DNA of 64,000 nt from a virus (Duplodnaviria > Caudoviricetes): the IMG/VR virus record IMGVR_UViG_3300017987_005501; one strand, written 5' to 3'. The translations under genes and the position numbers were made by a program. The notes under the pieces were generated by a model. It saw only the letters and a program-made list of their open reading frames with translations. It was not told where the DNA came from and made no database searches. Of this stretch, positions 57,599 to 64,000 are shown one piece after another (within the stretch, counting starts at the first letter, position 1; every line of letters begins with the position of its first letter).

Positions 57599-59155
57599 AT
57601 GAGTCATTTCTTTAATATTAAGAAGAAAGATATTGGGTACAGCCGGTTTGGAGAAATTGAATGTGTACACGAAAATGTAATTACCCCTTGTTATATTCCC
57701 GTTGTACCTTTTTTAGACTCTTCGGACGATTCAATCAGGACTGAAAATATAACAAAAAGTTTTCCCAAGAAGCCGGGTTTATCCCAGGTTTTGTTGCATA
57801 ATAAAGATGGGAAGCTAAGTAAAAGCCAAAAAGAAAAGTTATCGACAAAAATTCATGAAACTCACCCACAATATGAGGGTGCTTTGTTTCTGGATAGTGG
57901 AGGGTTTAAGTTAATTAGAATGGATATTGAAGATATGCCTTTTAAGGAAGTTTTTGATATCCAGAAAGATGTTGGAGGCGACATCTTCTTCACTTTGGAT
58001 TATCCTATTATTAAGGATATGCCTTTTCCAATGCAGATTAAAAGGGCTAATAAAAGCCTGGATAACGCCATTAAAGCACTTCAATACCGTAAAGACCTTT
58101 GGGGGACTGCAACTGATAAACCTATTGTTTATGTTGCAGTGCATGGCACTTCTACGCAGTTTGTTAGGGACTATTTGGAGGAATTCTTCCGCCTCCTTAA
58201 AAAACACGATCTAGAAGATGTTCCATTTGGTTTCGCTCATGGGTCCTTGGTCCCCTTAAAGCATCGAAGGTATCTAGTATTGGATTTCCTTTACGAGACC
58301 AAAATGGTGTTGAAAGAAAAAGACATGTTAGACAAGGTCCCAATCCACGCATTTGGGATCTCGGGATCTTTAATTCCTCACCTTGGGCTATTAGGAATTG
58401 ATACCTTTGATAGTGCCTCTTATTTACTTTCGGCCGGGAACCACCAAATCTTTGATCCTGAAACATTAGAGACAATTAGTTTTATGGAAAAAGAAGATTC
58501 CGTCGAAAAAGGAAAGTATTGTAAGAGAAGAGGGATCGACCCCACGAAGTTTAAGAATCTAAAAGAAGCGTGGGGCTGTGATTGTATGTGGTGCGAGAAA
58601 GTAAAAAATGCATATCCTCCTGCGAAGGAAAATCTTGTTGATTTCGCACGAATTATCCAAAGAGTTGTGCCTCAAGAAGGGGGTTGGAGAGAGGATAAGG
58701 ATTTCTTACAATATCTAAAAGACCGAAATTTCGCATTTATGGACTATTTATATGTTCATATGATTTGTCACAACCTGACAGTCACTAATAATCTTGTTTC
58801 TAAAATGCATGAACATCTTAGGGCTGGGACATATGAAGGATTTTTCTTTGACTTCCTTAATAAAGTCCACCAAGGGAATTCTAAAAAACAAGTTAAGCAG
58901 ATAAGATTCCTCAATTCTATTTTGAAGGACCAACCAAAATTTTATGATCTAGCAGCAAAACACGTTCCCCAAATTAAAGGTAGGGAGCTACTAGAAACTA
59001 ACTCATCTCCTAAGAGACCAAAACTCGTGGACTTTAAAATGGACACTTCTGGAATCGGTTTGCACCCAGGGAAACATAAAAAAGCGGAGAAGAAAATTGC
59101 AGCAGAGAGAAGAATGAAAAAGGAGCAAACCTATTTTGAAGATGACCTTCTTTAA
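57599..59155 (+). CDS. dpdA: TGT-family guanine transglycosylase (DpdA-like)
   Basis: TP.Y.P, LFLDSGGF, TLDYP, VHG, HAFG, DTFDS, zinc site CDCMWC...HNL; no PUA domain. Confidence 0.85.
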   Translation: MSHFFNIKKKDIGYSRFGEIECVHENVITPCYIPVVPFLDSSDDSIRTENITKSFPKKPGLSQVLLHNKDGKLSKSQKEKLSTKIHETHPQYEGALFLDSGGFKLIRMDIEDMPFKEVFDIQKDVGGDIFFTLDYPIIKDMPFPMQIKRANKSLDNAIKALQYRKDLWGTATDKPIVYVAVHGTSTQFVRDYLEEFFRLLKKHDLEDVPFGFAHGSLVPLKHRRYLVLDFLYETKMVLKEKDMLDKVPIHAFGISGSLIPHLGLLGIDTFDSASYLLSAGNHQIFDPETLETISFMEKEDSVEKGKYCKRRGIDPTKFKNLKEAWGCDCMWCEKVKNAYPPAKENLVDFARIIQRVVPQEGGWREDKDFLQYLKDRNFAFMDYLYVHMICHNLTVTNNLVSKMHEHLRAGTYEGFFFDFLNKVHQGNSKKQVKQIRFLNSILKDQPKFYDLAAKHVPQIKGRELLETNSSPKRPKLVDFKMDTSGIGLHPGKHKKAEKKIAAERRMKKEQTYFEDDLL

Positions 59156-59188
59156 AAAGGAGTTAATAGCCCAGATCATACTTAGATT

Positions 59189-60145
59189 ATGGGCTATTTC
59201 TCTGTAATAAAAAGAAAAAGATTTATGTCTACCCTAGAATTAAATACAGAACAATTTGATTTAAGAGTTCTTGAAAAACTTTTCGAAGAGGAGCCTTACC
59301 CTAATAGTGTGATCCTCGTAGGAAAAAAAGGGGTAGGAAAAAAAACTCTTGCAAAAAAGATTTGTTATCAGGTAAACAAGGAGAACCCTAAAGTCTTAAA
59401 AGGGAATTTTCCAGATTTACATTGTTATGGCCCTACCTTTAGCGGGAAAAATGTTTTCCAAAAAGCAGAGATCGAGGAAATTATTGAAAAAAGCTATATA
59501 AGGCCCATAGAAGGCCCTTATAAAGTATTTATAATGGACCAAATAACCACTTTTTCTTGGGGAGCGGGAGAAGCCTTTCTTAAAGTATTAGAGGAGCCCC
59601 CACCGAAAAATTTATATATTATGACAGCTGATTCATTATCCGGGATAATCCCTACGATTAAATCCCGTGCGATTAATATTAAGATTAAGGACTTACCTTC
59701 TCAGGAAATTATTCCAATTCTTAAAAATAGATACCCTGATAGCGATAAATTAGAAATTATTTCGAAATTATCAAATGGAAGTATTGGAACGGCGATTGAT
59801 ATTGTTAACCATAATTTATTAAGAATTCGGAATAAATTAAACGAACTATTGAAATCCCCAAATATTCTGCCTTATGATCTTATCAATACAACTCAGTGGT
59901 CTGAATTTCCAGAGGATTGGGAACAAAAAGATAAGGTTAAATTAATCCTACATTTCTTAAAAACATTTTGCGTAGACTCGCACAGGCCCTTTATTAATTC
60001 TGATTTAGAAGACATAAATATTCCTAACGTGGGAAAAATTATTAATCTAATATATCTGTTTGAGACAAAATTTCATCACGAGTATAATTTTCAAGTTCAT
60101 TTATTATCCTTTTGGATGGATCTGCATTATTTATTAAAATTATGA
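59189..60145 (+). CDS. holB: Clamp loader delta' subunit-like
   Basis: G..G.GKKT, FPDL, LKVLEEPP, PTIKSR; start may be 59225. Confidence 0.85.
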   Translation: MGYFSVIKRKRFMSTLELNTEQFDLRVLEKLFEEEPYPNSVILVGKKGVGKKTLAKKICYQVNKENPKVLKGNFPDLHCYGPTFSGKNVFQKAEIEEIIEKSYIRPIEGPYKVFIMDQITTFSWGAGEAFLKVLEEPPPKNLYIMTADSLSGIIPTIKSRAINIKIKDLPSQEIIPILKNRYPDSDKLEIISKLSNGSIGTAIDIVNHNLLRIRNKLNELLKSPNILPYDLINTTQWSEFPEDWEQKDKVKLILHFLKTFCVDSHRPFINSDLEDINIPNVGKIINLIYLFETKFHHEYNFQVHLLSFWMDLHYLLKL

Positions 60146-61137
60146 GTTATAAGACATTTGAAAAGAATTTAAAAGCATTTCGGGATAACAAAAAGAAGAG
60201 TCTTTTCGCTGTTTGTGGAGAAGAATCCTATTTTCGTGAGTTATATATTCAAGTCATTCGAAATTTATACGAAGACTTGCCCACACAGCGAATAAATGCT
60301 GAAAAAGTTTCCGAATCGGAACTTATTTCAAGTTTTGAGTCCGATGACTTGTTATCAGATACGAGTTTCCTGGAAATAACCAATATCGAAAAAATAAAAA
60401 ATTGTGAAAAAATTCTAAAAAAATTCCTGGATAGCCCTGAAGGCCTTGTTGTTTTATTCATATCCGAAAAGAATAATAAGAAAAACAAGATTTATAAGGT
60501 TTTAAGTGGCCATAAAAATGTTTTGTACCTCCCGGCAGAAAGTTTAACCCTTTATAACGATGATGTTGATTTATTTATCGATCGACTTTGCACTGTTAAA
60601 CGATTCAAAATAGAATCGAAAGCAAAGAAAATTATCAAAGAATACTATGGGGCAAACTTATACGCGATTGCGAATGAATTGGAAAAATTATTCATTTTTT
60701 GTGAAGAGAAAAAATCTATTAATCTTGAGGATACATTAAGAACGGTCACACAGTTAGAGCGTGACAACGTCTTCGAGATTGTTGATTACATTTTAAAAGC
60801 AGACCTACAGCAGGCATTAAAAAAGACAACAAGTCTTTTTAACTTTGAGTCAAACGCTGAAATGATGATTACGTATACTTTGGGAAAACATCTTGAAAAA
60901 ATAGTGGTTGTAAAATCCTTATTGAAGAAGACGGCAGACGTTGGGGAAATTGCTAAGACTCTAAACCTCTCCCCATTTATTTTAAAAAAGCAGTATATTC
61001 CAGCTGCAAAAAAATTGAAACTCAGTAAAATTCGTGAAATCATAAGGGAGTTGTCAAACTTGGACATCCAATTTAAATCAATGAGGTATTCTCATCAAGT
61101 CTTGATGGAGAATTTCTTAACTAAAATTTGTAGGTAA
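60142..61137 (+). CDS. holA: Clamp loader delta subunit-like
   Basis: GEE.YF, G.NL..I.NELEKL, E.DNVF.IVD, L...D...K; start reassigned to ATG 60142 (ATGA overlap). Confidence 0.85.
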   Translation: MSYKTFEKNLKAFRDNKKKSLFAVCGEESYFRELYIQVIRNLYEDLPTQRINAEKVSESELISSFESDDLLSDTSFLEITNIEKIKNCEKILKKFLDSPEGLVVLFISEKNNKKNKIYKVLSGHKNVLYLPAESLTLYNDDVDLFIDRLCTVKRFKIESKAKKIIKEYYGANLYAIANELEKLFIFCEEKKSINLEDTLRTVTQLERDNVFEIVDYILKADLQQALKKTTSLFNFESNAEMMITYTLGKHLEKIVVVKSLLKKTADVGEIAKTLNLSPFILKKQYIPAAKKLKLSKIREIIRELSNLDIQFKSMRYSHQVLMENFLTKICR

Positions 61138-61171
61138 ATAGAATAAGCTCGAAGAGAAGAGAGGTTATATC

Positions 61172-64000
61172 ATGCAGACATCGACAGCAGTAATCCAGGA
61201 TTCCATATTCAGTACCCAAATGGCTTATGAAAATTGGATAAGCAAATACCGGTATAAACAAGAAAACCCAATCGATACTTTTAGAAGAGTTGCAAAAGAG
61301 TTAGCAAAAATAGAAGCTCCAGATAAAAGAGAATATTGGGAAGATAAATTTTTCCATGCAATGGTTAAAGTGGAAAACGGAATAGCAGTCGGGCTAAAAT
61401 GTACTCCTGGCGGAAGAATCACATCAAACGCAGGAGCGAAAGATAAAAATAAGGGAGGAAAAGCAACCCTTTTTAATTGTTTTATTAATGGCCCCGTAAC
61501 AAACGCAAATATTAATTATTCAAAGGATATCCAGAACGAAAAGGTAGCATTTAAACTTAAGACCTCCGATTCCCCGGATGACCTTAATAATATTTTTCTA
61601 ACTATCCTAGAGCAAGCAAAAACACTTGCATCCGAAGGTGGTTATGGAATTAATTTTGATTTTATTCGTCCTCGAGGTTCTGTTATTAAGGGAACGAAAA
61701 TTAAGCATCCTGGAGTCTTATCCTATATGAATGTTTGGGATACGGTTGCAGCGATGATTATCAAGGGGGATAACGATGGCTATGCTGATACCCTCAAAAA
61801 TTATTTAACGGAAGAAGAACAAGAACGCTGGGAAGCGGAATTTGAAAACTTAAAGAGGGCACCTCGCAAAGGTGCTATGATGGGATGTTTAACCGTATCA
61901 CACCCTGATATCGAAGAGTTTGTGCGTGCCAAACAAACTCCAGGAGTTTTGACAAAGTTTAACATCTCAGTTGTTGTAACAGATGAGTTTATGACAGCAG
62001 TTGCAGAAGACAACCTTTTCGAATTAAAATTTAATGGTAAAGTTTATAAAAGAATCAAAGCTCGCGACCTTTTTGACCTCATTATGAAAAGTACCTATAA
62101 CCGGGCAGAACCAGGGATTCTTTTCTACGATAATATGCAGAGAAATAACCCGATTAGTTACCTAGGAAAGGTTAATGCAACGAACCCGTGTTTTACTGGG
62201 GAAATGCGTCTTCATACCAACAAAGGGCTTATAACATTTAAGCAGCTGCATGAGAATGGGAAGAAAAATATCGTTGTCGTAGACGAAAGAGTTTATGACG
62301 AAGGTAAAATCGATACTGAAAATTTAGGAACTTCCTTAAAAAGGGCATCGGAAGTTGTACTAACGGAGAAAAAAGCTAAAATTTTAAGGATTACAACTTT
62401 GGATGGCCGAGAACTTAGAGTTACCCCCTACCATAGATTCCCTACCCTTACGGGATTTAAGGAAGCTAAAGACCTATCAATCAACGATCCTATTTATTTG
62501 CAATCGGAGGAGGGGCGATGGGGGAAAAAAGGATCCTTTGAGTATGGGATTTTAGTGGGGCTACTTACTGGGGATGGCACTTTCTCCCAAGACATTGATT
62601 ATAGAACTGAAAGTAATTATTCCTCGGACCGTGCAATTATTTCCTTATGGAACGAGGATACGGACACTATTAATCGGGTTCGGGGTTTCCTTAAAGTTCT
62701 GTTTAATAAGGAGTTGAAAGGAAATCTTAAAAAGAATGCTTCTATTAATGGGTATTCAAGATTTAATTTCTCCTCAAATCTTCTTTACTCAAAAATTAAA
62801 TTAGACCTGGATGAAGAAAATCCAAGACTTATTAAAGCTCGGGTTCCAGATTTCGTTTTCAAGGGAAGTCGCGAGATGATCGTGGGATACCTCCAAGGTT
62901 TATTTTATGCAGATGGTAGTGTGAATTTTAGCGATAAAAAAAGAGATTTAACACTTCGGCTTGCTCAAAGCAATAAAAAGCTTTTACAAGATGTCCAAAA
63001 TTTACTTTCTAGTTTTGGCATTAACGCAAAGCTACGAAAAGCCCGAGACGAAAACGAAACAATGCTTCCTGATGGAAGAGGGGGTTATAAGGCATATTCC
63101 TGTAAAGCTAATTATGAGCTTATTCTAAATAGGTTTAACACCATAAGGTTTAAGGAAAGAATTGGCTTATTCGGAAAAGCAAAAAATAAGAAATTAGATA
63201 ATGCTTTACAAACATTCCAAAAAAACCCATATAAAGAAAAATTTGAAACGAAAATTATTTCAATCGAAGAAGATGGGGAAGAGGACGTTTATTGCCTAAA
63301 CCAACCAGAAAACGAGTCCATTATTGTAAATGGAGTTTTAACTGGAAATTGCGGAGAGATTCCGGGAAATCCAACTATCTCAACAACTTGTTTATTAGGG
63401 AACTTAAACCTAACTGCCTATGTGAGAAAAGATAGAACATTCGATTATGAGTCTTTTAAGGAAGACGTAAAAACATTTGCTAGGTTATTGGATAATGTAA
63501 ATGATATTTCTTTTTTGCCTCTTTCAAGATATGAAAATGCTGTTAAGTCATTAAGGCAATATGGAATGGGTCTAAATGGTCTTGGTTCTGCCTTAATCAT
63601 GATGGGAATCCCCTATAATTCCCCGGAAGGAATTGCTTTTGCCGAAGAATTGGCATATCTTAAAGAAAATATTACGATGCAAACCAGTGCCTTACTCGCA
63701 AAAGAAAAAGGCGCTTTTCCTTATTATTGTGAGGATTTTCTAGATACGGATTATTTTAAGTCTGATAGGCTAACAAGCGAAACAAAGGCTTTAGTTAAAA
63801 AGTATGGAGTTAGAAACGCAAAAACAACAACGAACCCACCCAATGGAAATACTTCCATTATCTGTGATATTGTCTCAAACGGAATTGAACCTGTGTTCAT
63901 GCTTGAATACGAGCGATTTAGAATGGCGGACGACTGGCCAGAAGGATTAAATCTCGATAATGTTAAAACTTTACTGGATGAAATCAAGATTGGAGATGCT
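61172..64000 (+). CDS. nrdJ: Class II (B12-dependent) ribonucleotide reductase with intein (partial; runs off window end)
   Basis: Not in ORF track. Manual translation from ATG 61172: PGGRI..NAG, TL.NC, GG.G..FD.IRP.G, RKGAMM, HPDIEEF, FNISV, AEPG, NATNP|CGE, CLLG, GLNG, PPNGNTS...NGIEP. Confidence 0.9.
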   Translation, partial: MQTSTAVIQDSIFSTQMAYENWISKYRYKQENPIDTFRRVAKELAKIEAPDKREYWEDKFFHAMVKVENGIAVGLKCTPGGRITSNAGAKDKNKGGKATLFNCFINGPVTNANINYSKDIQNEKVAFKLKTSDSPDDLNNIFLTILEQAKTLASEGGYGINFDFIRPRGSVIKGTKIKHPGVLSYMNVWDTVAAMIIKGDNDGYADTLKNYLTEEEQERWEAEFENLKRAPRKGAMMGCLTVSHPDIEEFVRAKQTPGVLTKFNISVVVTDEFMTAVAEDNLFELKFNGKVYKRIKARDLFDLIMKSTYNRAEPGILFYDNMQRNNPISYLGKVNATNPCFTGEMRLHTNKGLITFKQLHENGKKNIVVVDERVYDEGKIDTENLGTSLKRASEVVLTEKKAKILRITTLDGRELRVTPYHRFPTLTGFKEAKDLSINDPIYLQSEEGRWGKKGSFEYGILVGLLTGDGTFSQDIDYRTESNYSSDRAIISLWNEDTDTINRVRGFLKVLFNKELKGNLKKNASINGYSRFNFSSNLLYSKIKLDLDEENPRLIKARVPDFVFKGSREMIVGYLQGLFYADGSVNFSDKKRDLTLRLAQSNKKLLQDVQNLLSSFGINAKLRKARDENETMLPDGRGGYKAYSCKANYELILNRFNTIRFKERIGLFGKAKNKKLDNALQTFQKNPYKEKFETKIISIEEDGEEDVYCLNQPENESIIVNGVLTGNCGEIPGNPTISTTCLLGNLNLTAYVRKDRTFDYESFKEDVKTFARLLDNVNDISFLPLSRYENAVKSLRQYGMGLNGLGSALIMMGIPYNSPEGIAFAEELAYLKENITMQTSALLAKEKGAFPYYCEDFLDTDYFKSDRLTSETKALVKKYGVRNAKTTTNPPNGNTSIICDIVSNGIEPVFMLEYERFRMADDWPEGLNLDNVKTLLDEIKIGDA
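62189..63349 (+). mobile_element. LAGLIDADG intein (387 aa) at the RNR active site (NP|CGE)
   Basis: Starts CFTGEM, block B VTPYH, GLLTGDG and GLFYADG, ends LTGN with +1 Cys. Confidence 0.9.

Noticed and set aside
369-63987. Numerous short ORFs in the track antisense to, or nested in, long genes (e.g. 369..677, 3065..3331, 4169..4693, 20520..20762, 29541..29849, 43033..43461, 48499..48876, 63751..63987)
   Set aside because: Shadow frames of clearly coding genes; F/S/L-rich composition, no SD, no motifs
1-64000. Stop-codon reassignment, tRNA genes, group I/II introns
   Set aside because: Genes are full length and tightly packed under code 11 with all three stop codons used; no cloverleaf or interrupted gene recognised by eye (tRNAscan-SE not run)

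Overview
The window is a 64 kb, AT-rich, gene-dense fragment of a large (jumbo-type) tailed dsDNA phage genome, probably with a contractile tail. It uses the standard genetic code and has strong AGGAG Shine-Dalgarno sites. Positions 1-36 kb are almost all minus strand: a tail/head module (three tandem tail-tube paralogs, lamin-tail-domain proteins, many small K/R-x-A-S-rich probable head proteins, portal, large terminase), interspersed with a secreted caspase-like protease, RNase HII, QueD-like protein, HU, RecD2, a LexA DNA-binding domain and thymidylate kinase. Positions 36-64 kb are almost all plus strand: SSB-like protein, RuvC, intein-containing RecA, split SbcC plus SbcD, beta clamp, DnaG, clamp-loader delta'/delta, an intein-containing class II RNR (runs off the end), and a 7-deazaguanine cluster (NucS-like, DUF6884-like, gat-queC, DHH, DUF366, tgt/dpdA). 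Best leads: (1) the deazaguanine cluster has extra uncharacterised genes, and its TGT, the DUF6884-like protein and RNase HII share a C-terminal E-[ED]-[DS]-D-L-L tail, possibly a clamp-docking motif; (2) a perfect 66-bp inverted repeat encloses 384 bp between divergent ruvC and recA; (3) a 13-bp motif TAATAATCYRTTA recurs upstream of structural gene blocks. All family assignments come from motif recognition by eye; no database search was run. I saw no tRNA, rRNA or CRISPR array.
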